DNA of 26,755 nt from positions 1-26,755 of the forward strand of contig JBHLPL010000013.1 of the NCBI GenBank assembly GCA_048939465.1, in the 5' to 3' direction. The stretch is from Promethearchaeota archaeon. GTDB lineage: Archaea; Asgardarchaeota; Odinarchaeia; Odinarchaeales; JBHLKK01. Shown piece by piece: positions 8,864 through 18,260 of this stretch. The stretch's first letter is position 1. Each line of letters opens with the position of its first letter. A program made the translations under genes and the position numbers. Below the pieces are notes generated by a model. That model did no database searches. It was given only the letters and a program-made list of their open reading frames with translations, and was not told the origin of the DNA.

Positions 8864-9244
8864 ATGTCGGAGAACCCAAAGTCCAGTCCCGCGAAATCGA
8901 GAAGAAAGACCAGAGGAGCAGGACCTAGACAGCCAATTCATCAAGAATCAGAATCAATCGAGAAACAACCCGAGCGCGTAGAAGAAAAAACATCCACGGA
9001 AAAATCGGATCAGATAGAGAAGCCAACTCCTGGGGAGGAATCCTCGGAGGAGAGGTTAAATGGTGATGCGCGAATTGGAGAAATCATTGAAACATGTCCT
9101 GAGGCAGAACGTATTTTAGAAAAACATTTTAGGGCGTGCGCAAAATGTCCAGCAATTGCGGCAGAAACCATCAGTTTTCAGGTATCAATTCACGGCGCAG
9201 ATCTCAAATCAGTCCTTGACGAACTTGACAAACTGTGCCGGTAA
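8864..9244 (+). CDS. DUF1858-like CxxC domain protein with long disordered N-terminus
   Basis: C-terminal IGEIIETCPEAERILEKHFRACAKCPAIAAETI...VSIHGADLKSVLDELD fits the DUF1858/ScdA_N-like pattern. About 64 low-complexity charged residues precede it. AGGTGA RBS. Confidence 0.7.
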   Translation: MSENPKSSPAKSRRKTRGAGPRQPIHQESESIEKQPERVEEKTSTEKSDQIEKPTPGEESSEERLNGDARIGEIIETCPEAERILEKHFRACAKCPAIAAETISFQVSIHGADLKSVLDELDKLCR

Positions 9245-9334
9245 TCGCCAAAATCCTACTTCTGAGTCTTTTGGGCAATTGTCTTAAAGGGACGTTTAGG
9301 CCCAGGGCTCGCGTAGAAAAGCAACATTTATTAA

Positions 9335-9349
9335 TATAACAATGTTATA
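9335..9349. promoter_or_regulatory. Perfect palindrome at copA promoter (candidate operator)
   Basis: TATAACA-A-TGTTATA immediately 3' of TTTATTAA (9327-9334). Confidence 0.6.
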
Positions 9350-9411
9350 GTCTGAGTAGTGGTTTAGTTTCTTCTATTCAGATTACTGATTAGACTGAAA
9401 GGTCGGTACTT

Positions 9412-11646
9412 ATGGGAAGAGGTTCGAAGTCATCAGAAAAAGAGAGGAAATCTCTGCAAATTGGGGGTATGCATTGCGCAACATGCGTATTGACTGTAGA
9501 GAAGGCTCTGAAGAAACTGGACGGGGTCTACAATGCTACAGTCAATCTTGCCACTGGAAAGGCGTTGGTAGACTATGATCCGAACAAGGTGTCTGATCCG
9601 AAATTCGAAGAAGCGGTACACGATGCCGGATATGAAGTTGTAACAGAGCCAGACAGTGAACAAGTCTCAAGAAGGAAAGAAGTTCGAATGCAAAAACGAC
9701 TCTTCATTTTCAGTCTCGTTTTGAGCATACCTATAGTCCTATACAGCTACAGCGATATTCTACCGTTCATTCTCCCCGAGATTATTCCACGGGCAATACT
9801 GTTGTTTATCTTGACCACACCCGTTCAATTCATAGGTGGATATCAATTCTACAAGGGAGCATATTCTGCACTGATGAACAGAACTGCAAACATGGATGTA
9901 TTGGTTGTCCTAGGCACTTCAGCTGCCTATTTTTACAGCATTGCTGCCACTTTCTTTATTAAAGGACCTTTGTTTTACGAAACATCAGCTTTGTTAATAC
10001 TATTCATTACACTTGGAAGGATGCTTGAAACAATCACAAAGGGCAAGACTTCTGAGGCTATTAGAAGCCTAATGAGACTGAGACCGAAAACTGCAAAGAT
10101 CATAAAAAACGGCGAGGAAACGACTGTTTTGATAGATGATGTTCAAGTTAAGGACATACTTGTTGTCAGACCCGGAGAAAGAATCCCAGTCGATGGTGAA
10201 GTTTTGGACGGGCATTCATCTGTAGATGAGTCCATGATAACCGGGGAATCTATGCCTGTCGAAAAGAAAAAGGGGGACACAGTAATAGGAGCAACGTTGA
10301 ATACTTCTGGTATGTTAAAAATCAACGCAACCAAAGTCGGGAAAGATACCTTGCTAGCCCAGATAATAAAACTAGTTGAGGAAACCCAGGCATCAAAACC
10401 CCCGATACAAAGATTTGCAGATAGAGTTGCGGCTCGTTTTGTGCCTGCAGTCGTAGTCTCGGCCCTAATTACATTCCTTACTTGGACACTAATCGGCATG
10501 GAGTTTTTGTTCTCTTTCATAGTCACGATTTCAGTTCTAGTTATTGCTTGCCCGTGCGCCTTGGGTCTGGCCACACCTGCAGCAGTAACGGTCGGCACAG
10601 GAAAAGGGGCAGAAAATGGGATACTAATAAAAAGCGGAGAAGCTTTGGAAACTGCCCGCAATCTTACTACCATTGTGTTTGATAAGACGGGTACTCTAAC
10701 TGTTGGCAAACCTCACGTTACCGATATAGTTCCGATTGAGGATGGTGCAACAAATTCAACCGAGAGAGATGTGATAAGAACTGCCGCAATTTGCGAAAAA
10801 TTCTCAAATCATCCTTTATCTCTTGCTATAACGGAAAAGGCAAAAGAGATGGGAATAGATATTCCGGATCCGTCGGAATTCAACTATGTTGCCGGACAGG
10901 GGAACGTAGCAAGATTTGACGATAGAAAGATACTGAGCGGTAATAAGAAACTGCTTGCCGGTAGCAAAATAGTCCTTAACGGAGAAGACGAGAGGCTTAT
11001 GAAAAAGCTAGAATCCCAAGGCAAAACGGTAACACTGGTTGCGGAAAACAGCCTGCTAATAGGATTAGTAGCTATGGCAGACACTCTGAAGGAGCATGCG
11101 AAAGACGCAGTGGGTTCACTCAAGAAAATGGGATTAAAAGCAGCTATATTGACAGGAGATAACGAGAGAACAGGCAAAGCTATCGCCCAAGAACTTGGGA
11201 TCGATCATGTTTTGGCTGAAATTCGTCCAGAGGACAAAGCAAAGGAGATAAGAAAGCTGCAAGATATGGGAGAGACGGTAGCCATGGTTGGAGATGGAAT
11301 AAATGATGCCCCGGCCTTAGCCCAAGCCGACATTGGCATCGCCATAGGAAGTGGAACTGATGTCGCCATTGAAACCGGGGAAATAGTGTTAATCAAAGGG
11401 GATCTGAGAGACGTGCCAGCAGCCATTCTTTTAAGCAAGCAGACTGTAAGAAAAGTCAAGCAAAACCTGTTCTGGGCGCTGGCTTACAACGTAGCTGCCA
11501 TACCGATAGCAGCTGGTCTTTTGTTCCCCATAATCGGGCTTCTCCTAAGACCAGAAATAGCTGCATTTGCTATGTCCATGAGTTCGGTGACCGTTGTTAC
11601 AAACTCCCTGTTGCTAAAAAGATATAATCCGAAAATACAAGACTGA
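9412..11646 (+). CDS. copA: Cu(I)-translocating P1B-1 ATPase
   Basis: HMA domain GMHCATC, TGES, TM motif [17 protein letters not shown] phosphorylation site, [12 protein letters not shown] and MSMSS Cu(I) ligands. Confidence 0.96.
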   Translation: MGRGSKSSEKERKSLQIGGMHCATCVLTVEKALKKLDGVYNATVNLATGKALVDYDPNKVSDPKFEEAVHDAGYEVVTEPDSEQVSRRKEVRMQKRLFIFSLVLSIPIVLYSYSDILPFILPEIIPRAILLFILTTPVQFIGGYQFYKGAYSALMNRTANMDVLVVLGTSAAYFYSIAATFFIKGPLFYETSALLILFITLGRMLETITKGKTSEAIRSLMRLRPKTAKIIKNGEETTVLIDDVQVKDILVVRPGERIPVDGEVLDGHSSVDESMITGESMPVEKKKGDTVIGATLNTSGMLKINATKVGKDTLLAQIIKLVEETQASKPPIQRFADRVAARFVPAVVVSALITFLTWTLIGMEFLFSFIVTISVLVIACPCALGLATPAAVTVGTGKGAENGILIKSGEALETARNLTTIVFDKTGTLTVGKPHVTDIVPIEDGATNSTERDVIRTAAICEKFSNHPLSLAITEKAKEMGIDIPDPSEFNYVAGQGNVARFDDRKILSGNKKLLAGSKIVLNGEDERLMKKLESQGKTVTLVAENSLLIGLVAMADTLKEHAKDAVGSLKKMGLKAAILTGDNERTGKAIAQELGIDHVLAEIRPEDKAKEIRKLQDMGETVAMVGDGINDAPALAQADIGIAIGSGTDVAIETGEIVLIKGDLRDVPAAILLSKQTVRKVKQNLFWALAYNVAAIPIAAGLLFPIIGLLLRPEIAAFAMSMSSVTVVTNSLLLKRYNPKIQD

Positions 11647-11651
11647 AATCA

Positions 11652-12821
11652 TCAGAATTCTATTATCTCAGCGGTTTCAATCGAATCACTGATCAGACTT
11701 CCCAATTCAGCTTCCCTCTCGACATCAAGGATATCGTTCAGATTAGCCGATGTAAGAGGATATTTGGGAACTGCTGTGCAACACGAAGCAGGTCGAATTG
11801 ACAGCTCATAAGTATTTATCCTTTTTGCAATCTGTTCAATCTCAATCTTGTCTAGTCCTATTAAGGGCCGGAAAATGGGTAGTTTCATGCCATAAGTTTC
11901 GACAAAAAGGTTTCTCAGGGTTTGACTTGCCTTCTGACCTAGGCTTTCTCCTGTGACAATGGCCTCGGCTCCCTCTTTTTCTGCTATTTGCTCAGCCAGA
12001 CGGTACATTGACCTACGGCATAGAATGCACAGCATTTTTTGAGGGGCTCTTTCTGTGAATGCCTTCAATATTCTTCCTTGAGGAACAATATACATCCTGA
12101 TTCTATATCCCGAAGCGTACTCCTTTAGTTTATTCGCTACACTGATTACTCTTTTCTTTGGCGACTCATCAACATACGGATGACTGTGGAAAAAAACATA
12201 TACTGGAAGACTGCCTCGTTTCATAATAAGATAGCTTGCAACGGGCGAATCTATGCCACCGGAGAGCATGCAGACAACTTTTCCTTGGGTATTCAGGGGA
12301 AGACCGCGAAGGCCAGCCATTATTTCATGATAAATATAAGCCTTATCTTCTCTAATTTCAGCGTAAATGGTATTTTCCGGTTTGTTGAGATTCACAACTA
12401 TCTCGTGATCAAATGCTTTCAGAATAGCTTCGCCTGCAACCGTCTCCACATCTTTGCTTGTGTATGGATGGGCTCCTGCTCTTCTGGCTCTTACTGCAAA
12501 AGTCTGGCCAGGGACGAATATGGTCTTGGCGTACTCAACAAGCCCCCTAACTACTTCACTGAGCCCGACACTGGAAAGCACGGCAGCAGGAGAGAAAGAC
12601 ATTATGCCAAAAATCTTTCCGAGTGAAGAGCAGAGCCTACCAGCGCTTGGAGAGTCTACAAATATCCGTCCTCTTTCTTTTCGAATACTGTAAGCATTCT
12701 TTTTTTCCTTTAGGGCCGCACGGATACCCTTGATCAGAATCTTTTCAAATCTCTTGCGAGTACTGTCAGATTTTATTCCCATTTCCCCGTATCTTATGAT
12801 TATTGTATCATAAGCGGACAT
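11652..12821 (-). CDS. thiI: tRNA 4-thiouridine synthase ThiI (THUMP + PP-loop, no rhodanese domain)
   Basis: IIRYGEMGIKS, TFAVRARR, LSGGIDSPVA, CILCRR, TGESLGQKASQTL.NL, RPLIGLDK.EI, ASCC. Confidence 0.94.
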   Translation of the reverse strand: MSAYDTIIIRYGEMGIKSDSTRKRFEKILIKGIRAALKEKKNAYSIRKERGRIFVDSPSAGRLCSSLGKIFGIMSFSPAAVLSSVGLSEVVRGLVEYAKTIFVPGQTFAVRARRAGAHPYTSKDVETVAGEAILKAFDHEIVVNLNKPENTIYAEIREDKAYIYHEIMAGLRGLPLNTQGKVVCMLSGGIDSPVASYLIMKRGSLPVYVFFHSHPYVDESPKKRVISVANKLKEYASGYRIRMYIVPQGRILKAFTERAPQKMLCILCRRSMYRLAEQIAEKEGAEAIVTGESLGQKASQTLRNLFVETYGMKLPIFRPLIGLDKIEIEQIAKRINTYELSIRPASCCTAVPKYPLTSANLNDILDVEREAELGSLISDSIETAEIIEF

Positions 12822-12919
12822 TCTGCTTTCCTCATATCAAGAGTCTCTTTTTCTACTTTAACCAGTAGTAGATGAGGCTTGCTACCTAAAAAGCTTAAAT
12901 ATAGCAACACATTAAGAAT

Positions 12920-12934
12920 TATAGCAGTGTTATA
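12920..12934. promoter_or_regulatory. Near-palindrome at HTH regulator promoter (candidate operator)
   Basis: TATAGCA-G-TGTTATA, 13/15 identical to the copA palindrome. Lies over the expected start of transcription downstream of CTTAAATA 12894-12901. Extra half-site TATAGCA at 12900-12906. Confidence 0.55.
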
Positions 12935-12961
12935 TTATCATGATCCCGCCGGTGCTGAATT

Positions 12962-13300
12962 ATGAGTCTTCCTTGTGAAAAAGTGGTAAGTGCGATTCTT
13001 CCTCTGATAAGGGCAGAGATAGCAAAAAGCCTAGTTACGGATTTCAAACTAACCCAAGTAGAAGCTGCAAGGATCCTGGGTCTAACTCAGGCCGCGGTAA
13101 GTCAATATGTCACATCAAAGAGGGGATATAAACTAAGAATTGCTAAATCATCTGCTGCGGCTCGATCCATCAAAAAAACCGCAAAGGAATTGTCAGAGGC
13201 AAGGCTCTCCGAAGAAGAGATCCAGGAGAGGCTTTGCGAGATCTGTCGTATGATAAGAAGAGACTCCAAAGGAATTCGGGCAAAGAAAGTGACAGATTGA
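12962..13300 (+). CDS. XRE-type HTH regulator (COG2522-like) with Cys motifs
   Basis: LPCE....ILP.IRA.IA..L....LTQ.EAARILGLTQAAVSQY...KRG and C-terminal LCEICR. Confidence 0.85.
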   Translation: MSLPCEKVVSAILPLIRAEIAKSLVTDFKLTQVEAARILGLTQAAVSQYVTSKRGYKLRIAKSSAAARSIKKTAKELSEARLSEEEIQERLCEICRMIRRDSKGIRAKKVTD

Positions 13301-13311
13301 TCATTACTCTC

Positions 13312-15300
13312 TCAGCTGTCTTTCCCATAAATGATCATGCCAGTCTTATTATCGGGAGCGAGACCTGCTTTCCTTCGTAGCTCCTCTTTGAATGTTCTGG
13401 AACTAAGTACGGTTATGAATTTCTTTATCCAAGGTTTTTCCAGACTATTATTAAGGATGACAAAATCAAACTTCTCCTGAGCTATCGGAATGAAGTCAAG
13501 ATCATGACTCCTGGCTGCGGCTTCTGTGCCTAGACCTGTATCGACTTTGTTATGCAGGACCGCAGCAGCAACAGCAGAATGGGTTTTTGCTTCCGTTTCA
13601 AAACCTTTAATTCTTTCGGATATCGGTTTGAAGGTTTGATGATTACCTTTGCGAAGTCCGTTGAGCGCCTTCTCCAGTAAAAGTCTCGTACCAGAACCTT
13701 GAATTCTATTGATGAAAACCACATCATCACGCAGTAAATCATCAAGACCGCGAATTTGCTTGGGATTTCCCTTTGGTACAATCAATCCTTGTTTTCGGTT
13801 ATATCCACGAACGATGACAACTTTGCCTGTTAATCCATATTTGCCAACAAAAGGTATATTATACTCTCCGGTTTCAGCATCAAGGAGGTGAATTCCAGCA
13901 ATATCAGCTTCCTCTCTCTTAAGGGCCCTTAATCCTCCAATCGATCCTGCATTTATTGTTTTTGCATGGAATCCGCCGTGACGATCAAACAGCAGAGAGA
14001 GAATCAAATCAACGCCTGCACAATGACTGCCAATAATAATAATGTCAGCCGGTTTCAGCTCATCTCCAAACAGACTGACCTCAACTGGGTCTTGTGGGAA
14101 GAGGAGTTCTTTATTCTCCGGTATTTGTATGAAGCCGTCAGCTTCTGCTAGCGTAGTGATAGCGCCGGATCCTTTCAGCGAAGGATAAACCACATATCCC
14201 TCCCTTGTCTCAACGATATTTACGGGTAGAAATTGCCTTCTTCCCGAAACGGAGTGGATTTTTGTGGCGAGTCTGGCAGATATCTTAGCTGTTGGCTTAT
14301 CGATAATTCCCGCAAGACTGTGTATTGCCGGACGGACAAATATATTAAACAGGGTTAAGGCAGAGGTGGGGTATCCCGGAAGCCCAAAAACAGGTTTGTC
14401 ATCCACAACTCCGATAATGGTGGGCTTACCCGGTTTCACAGCAATCCCATGAATGAGAATTCCCGGTTTTCCAAGTTCATCGATTATATTGTATAACATA
14501 TCCCCCATACCGGCGGATGTACTACCGCTTGTTAGAACCATATCTGCCTTGGCAAGTCCTTGACCAAGCTTCTCCTTCAATTCTTCTTCGTTATCTCGGC
14601 TTATTCCCAGAAGAATTGGAAGGCCGCCACTTTCCTCCACGGCTGCAGCCATTGAATATGAATTAACATCGAATACTTTTCCGTAATCAAGAGATTCACC
14701 AGGCGGCATGATTTCGCTGCCTGTAGAGAGAATGGCCACTCTTGGCTTGCGAAAAACCTCAACTTCGGTCATTCCCACCGCCGCCAAAACACCAATTTCT
14801 CTAGAAGTTAAGACTTGTCCTTTCCTTAGAATTAGTTCTCCCGTCATGATATCGGAGCCTGCTGCCGTTATGTTCTCCATAGGCCGAATCGACTTGTAGA
14901 TGTCTACAGTCCCCTGAGTCTGAGATGTGTATTCAACCATCACTACAGCAGTGGCACCTTTAGGCAGTGGTGCACCAGTTGAAATCTCGAAGGCCTCACC
15001 ACTTCTAATCTCGGATTCAGGCACTTCTCCTGCTTCCACCCTGCCTACAACTTTGAGCCTCCTTGGCTCTGTTTCTTCGGCTCCAAATGAATCATCAGCC
15101 AAAATAGCGAATCCGTCCATACTAGCCCGGTCAAATCCCGGAACATCGACCGATGAGACAATATTCTCCGCAAGAACCCTCTTGAACGCGGCAACTAAGG
15201 ATACCCTCTCAACGGTAGGAACCAGTCTGAGGTGTTTCTTCAATATCTTGCGAGCTTGCTCCAAAGTAACTAGGTCCTTGAAAATCTTTCGTTTCTTCAA
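13312..15300 (-). CDS. moeA: Molybdopterin molybdotransferase MoeA fused to C-terminal periplasmic-binding-protein-like domain
   Basis: PGFDRASMDGFA, ISTGAPLP.GA.AVVMVE, STGSEI, VKPGKP, GLPGYP, then GSHC, SIGGL.AL....ADIAGIHL, INRIQGSGTR, THSAVA..V. TTG start overlaps the upstream stop by 4 nt. Confidence 0.93.
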   Translation of the reverse strand: MKKRKIFKDLVTLEQARKILKKHLRLVPTVERVSLVAAFKRVLAENIVSSVDVPGFDRASMDGFAILADDSFGAEETEPRRLKVVGRVEAGEVPESEIRSGEAFEISTGAPLPKGATAVVMVEYTSQTQGTVDIYKSIRPMENITAAGSDIMTGELILRKGQVLTSREIGVLAAVGMTEVEVFRKPRVAILSTGSEIMPPGESLDYGKVFDVNSYSMAAAVEESGGLPILLGISRDNEEELKEKLGQGLAKADMVLTSGSTSAGMGDMLYNIIDELGKPGILIHGIAVKPGKPTIIGVVDDKPVFGLPGYPTSALTLFNIFVRPAIHSLAGIIDKPTAKISARLATKIHSVSGRRQFLPVNIVETREGYVVYPSLKGSGAITTLAEADGFIQIPENKELLFPQDPVEVSLFGDELKPADIIIIGSHCAGVDLILSLLFDRHGGFHAKTINAGSIGGLRALKREEADIAGIHLLDAETGEYNIPFVGKYGLTGKVVIVRGYNRKQGLIVPKGNPKQIRGLDDLLRDDVVFINRIQGSGTRLLLEKALNGLRKGNHQTFKPISERIKGFETEAKTHSAVAAAVLHNKVDTGLGTEAAARSHDLDFIPIAQEKFDFVILNNSLEKPWIKKFITVLSSRTFKEELRRKAGLAPDNKTGMIIYGKDS

Positions 15301-16568
15301 ATGCCCTCACCTTCGATTTGCTCTCGAATCAGAAGAACCTCCACCTCTTCGCCTTCTTCAATTCCTTCCTTATTCTCAGGTATGATGACAATGCCGTTTG
15401 CCTTCACCATGCTTGAGAGTATGGCCGACCCAGCCACTCTAACGGGTTCAACAAGATATTCTCCCTTCACACGTTTAACAAGGACTCTAGCAAAGTCTCG
15501 TCTACCGACGTTCGAGGGTATGCGTCTGGTGATCCTCCCTTTAACTAGCGGTAATATCTGGCCGGGAGTCTGACCAGATATTCTTTGAATTACTTTGTGA
15601 CCAAAGACATATACGCTGATCATTGCAGCTACGGGATTTCCAGGAACCAGGATTACCGGTTTATTCTTGACTAGTGCCAGCCCAGTAGGTTTGCCAGGTC
15701 GCATAGATATGCCGTGAACGACTAATTCCCCCACGGAGGCTACTACTTCGGGAGCCAAATCTTTTTTGCCCACTGATGTTCCACCCATAAGAATTACCAT
15801 ATCCGCTTTGATTGTTCCTTCCAGCAGTTTGGCTTTTATTTTGACGGCGTCATCTTGAACGATTCCTAAATTCACCGGAACCCCGAGCATTTCCCTTACG
15901 AGGGCTGAAATCGTGGGCGCGTTTGTGTTAACGATCTTTCCAGGAGAAGGGACATCTTCTGGTTCTATCAATTCATCCCCTATGGAGACTATTGCAATAC
16001 GAGGCTTTCTGAAAACCTTGATCGAATGGACGTTGATAGCATACAGTATACCTATGTCTTGAGGTTTTAGTATTGTACCTCGCTTCAAAACCAAATGGCC
16101 TTTTCGAACATCTTCTCCTGCCAACGAAACGTTCTCTTTTGGTACTGACGGTCTATAAATCTCAATATTGGTTTCATCCAATTTGTTTATATATTCAAGC
16201 ATAACTACTGCATCCGCCCCAGGAGGCAACTGTCCTCCGGTCATTATCAGTATGGCTTGGTTCTCTTTTACACCAGTGTCAGGGATTTGTCCCGCAGTTA
16301 TTGAGTCGACGACGGAGAAGGTTAGAGGGTTGGTCTCCGATGCTCCAAACGTATCTTTTGCTCTAACGGCGTAACCATCCATAGCAGATCTATTGAAACT
16401 AGGAACATCTGACGCTGATTGAATATCCTCAGCTAGGATACGATTTAGTCCATCAATTGCTTTGATTTCTTCAGTTTCACAGAGGAACTCAATTAAGGGA
16501 AGAAAGGTTTCTAGAGCGATCTTGACATCCGTTGTTTTGTCAAAACCCCTCATCTGAACGTCCTTCAT
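15297..16568 (-). CDS. moeA: Molybdopterin molybdotransferase MoeA
   Basis: PSFNRSAMDGYA, IMTGGQLP.GADAVVMLE, SIGDEL, MRPGKP, PGNPVAA, GSAILSSM..ANG. ATG at 16568 after AGGAG. The track start at 16727 is over-extended. Confidence 0.93.
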   Translation of the reverse strand: MKDVQMRGFDKTTDVKIALETFLPLIEFLCETEEIKAIDGLNRILAEDIQSASDVPSFNRSAMDGYAVRAKDTFGASETNPLTFSVVDSITAGQIPDTGVKENQAILIMTGGQLPPGADAVVMLEYINKLDETNIEIYRPSVPKENVSLAGEDVRKGHLVLKRGTILKPQDIGILYAINVHSIKVFRKPRIAIVSIGDELIEPEDVPSPGKIVNTNAPTISALVREMLGVPVNLGIVQDDAVKIKAKLLEGTIKADMVILMGGTSVGKKDLAPEVVASVGELVVHGISMRPGKPTGLALVKNKPVILVPGNPVAAMISVYVFGHKVIQRISGQTPGQILPLVKGRITRRIPSNVGRRDFARVLVKRVKGEYLVEPVRVAGSAILSSMVKANGIVIIPENKEGIEEGEEVEVLLIREQIEGEGI

Positions 16569-16630
16569 ATGGCATCTCCTACCAAAGATAATAAATATTC
16601 GAAGAAGGAGAATAAAAATCTTAATTCGAA

Positions 16631-16649
16631 TTCCTGAGACACTCAGGAA
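16631..16649. promoter_or_regulatory. Perfect 8-bp inverted repeat between divergent moeA and speB
   Basis: TTCCTGAG-ACA-CTCAGGAA. Confidence 0.5.
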
Positions 16650-16697
16650 GTCCTTAAGAACACAATATCTGTATCTAAAACTAGGAGAGGAGCATTC

Positions 16698-17588
16698 ATG
16701 GATAGAAGTTTCTACACATCGCCTCACAACACGTTCATGGGAAGTTCAAGCTCATTTGATAAGGCCCGATATGTGGTGATCGGAGTTCCATTTGACGGAA
16801 CAAGTACCTACAGACCCGGTTCACGATTTGGTCCAAGAGCAGTAAGAGAAGCCTCCAATAACATCGAAGGATTTAGCTTACGAGCCAAGAGAGGATTGGC
16901 CAGCTATGAAATACACGATATGGGCGATGTCGACGTAATCCATGGCAACACGAAAGAAACACTTGAGCGTGTTGAGAAGGTTGTCAAGGAAGTTCTAGAA
17001 GCATGCAAAACACCAATATTGATTGGTGGAGAGCATACTCTGAGCTACGGAGTAATGAAGGCATTAAGGGATAATGTTGCATTGATTCATTTTGATGCAC
17101 ACATGGATTTTAAGGACTCTTACATGGGTCAAAAGCTCTCCCATTCAACAGTCATGCGAAGAATATCCGAAATAGCAGGTATTGGAGCGATTATTCAGCT
17201 TGGAATTAGAAGTGGCTCCAAGGAAGAATATGAATTTGCCAGAGGAAAGATGATTCAATATTCCTCTCATGATATTCAAGAAAAAGGCGTTCATAATGTA
17301 ATCAATTTAGTAAAGAGAACGTTAAAAGATTTTGACGGAGCCTACTTGACAATTGACATGGATGTTCTGGATCCTGCTTATGCCCCAGGTGTCGGGAATC
17401 CAGAGCCCGGAGGATTGAGCTTCTCCACTTTGCTGGAACTTGCCTTGGGTATCTCTGAGACCTCCAAAAGAGTGGTTGGCCTAGATGTTGTTGAGATTGC
17501 TCCAGAATATGATAATGGAGTTACTGCGGTTTGCGCCGCAAAGATAATCTTTGAGCTTCTCTGTACGCTATCTCTGAGATCAAGGTAA
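16698..17588 (+). CDS. speB: Agmatinase (ureohydrolase family)
   Basis: GVPFD.TSTYRPGSRFGP, GGEHTLS, HFDAHMD, TIDMDVLDP..APGVG.PEPGG, DVVE..P.YD. Confidence 0.92.
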   Translation: MDRSFYTSPHNTFMGSSSSFDKARYVVIGVPFDGTSTYRPGSRFGPRAVREASNNIEGFSLRAKRGLASYEIHDMGDVDVIHGNTKETLERVEKVVKEVLEACKTPILIGGEHTLSYGVMKALRDNVALIHFDAHMDFKDSYMGQKLSHSTVMRRISEIAGIGAIIQLGIRSGSKEEYEFARGKMIQYSSHDIQEKGVHNVINLVKRTLKDFDGAYLTIDMDVLDPAYAPGVGNPEPGGLSFSTLLELALGISETSKRVVGLDVVEIAPEYDNGVTAVCAAKIIFELLCTLSLRSR

Positions 17589-18089
17589 AGGTGCTCCCTG
17601 GAGGTATACAAACGCCACGACGACACTGCCGAATTTGTCCTTAGGAACTTCCATCTGCTCAGCACGAGTATGAATCTCTAGAAGCTTCATGTTTCTTATG
17701 CTGGCCATCTCCTTGAGCTTCTTCTCAAGTTCTGCTTTAATTAGGTCGGGATCCCTAGAACCTGTCTCCTCTTTCACAACGATTCCAAGACGCTTGCCGG
17801 TACTCAATATTCCCCAGGCCCAGCCTATGCCCGCTCCAATAGCTTCCTCAGATTTTCCGTCCTTCCGAGCGATTATAGCAAAAACGACAATCCCGGCAGG
17901 TATTTCTATCAATCTGTGTACCTGTTTGGCGTCCGGCGGAATGATTGAGGACACCTCAACCAGATTGTACTGGCCTATACCGGCATTAAGCAGAGCCTCA
18001 TCAAAGGCGTTGGTAATGGACGTGCTACTTGAGGCCTTTCCGCTGGTAACAAAAAACCTCTTTGGTAAAAGGACTGAAGTCTCAGACAT
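17580..18089 (-). CDS. pdaD: Pyruvoyl-dependent arginine decarboxylase
   Basis: NAFDEALLNAGIGQYNLVEVSSIIPP with the Ser-Ser self-cleavage site, AGIGWAW, and G.VV.A.VY C-terminus. Confidence 0.88.
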   Translation of the reverse strand: MSETSVLLPKRFFVTSGKASSSTSITNAFDEALLNAGIGQYNLVEVSSIIPPDAKQVHRLIEIPAGIVVFAIIARKDGKSEEAIGAGIGWAWGILSTGKRLGIVVKEETGSRDPDLIKAELEKKLKEMASIRNMKLLEIHTRAEQMEVPKDKFGSVVVAFVYLQGAPLP

Positions 18090-18215
18090 TCCAAAATCCT
18101 CCCAGCAAATCAGACTGAAAGTAGACTTGGCTTTTATCTTTTTTAAGATTTATCTAGTTTTGGATAATCTTCTTCATCAGGCATAGATTTAAATATGTGA
18201 TATCTATCAGCATAA

Positions 18216-18260
18216 TTTTGGTGAATTCAGCGATTCTTGCTGATGAATGATTCACCAAAA
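18216..18260. promoter_or_regulatory. Long inverted repeat / leader hairpin upstream of TFS-like gene
   Basis: TTTTGGTGAAT 18216-18226 and ATTCACCAAAA 18250-18260 are perfectly complementary. Inner stem TCAGC 18227-18231 / GCTGA 18239-18243. Confidence 0.6.

Noticed and set aside
7140-9244. Selenocysteine or pyrrolysine recoding in the sulfur-relay genes (SECIS at the 8625 hairpin)
   Set aside because: All these genes are full length with Cys codons at active sites and end in TAA/TAG/TGA at expected positions. No in-frame stop interrupts homology.
16569-16727. Track N-terminal extension of moeA; likewise tusA 7380-7463, larE 6278-6370 and purP-like 25381-25467
   Set aside because: The extensions cover promoter DNA or overlap divergent genes. 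Homology and RBS support the shorter starts.
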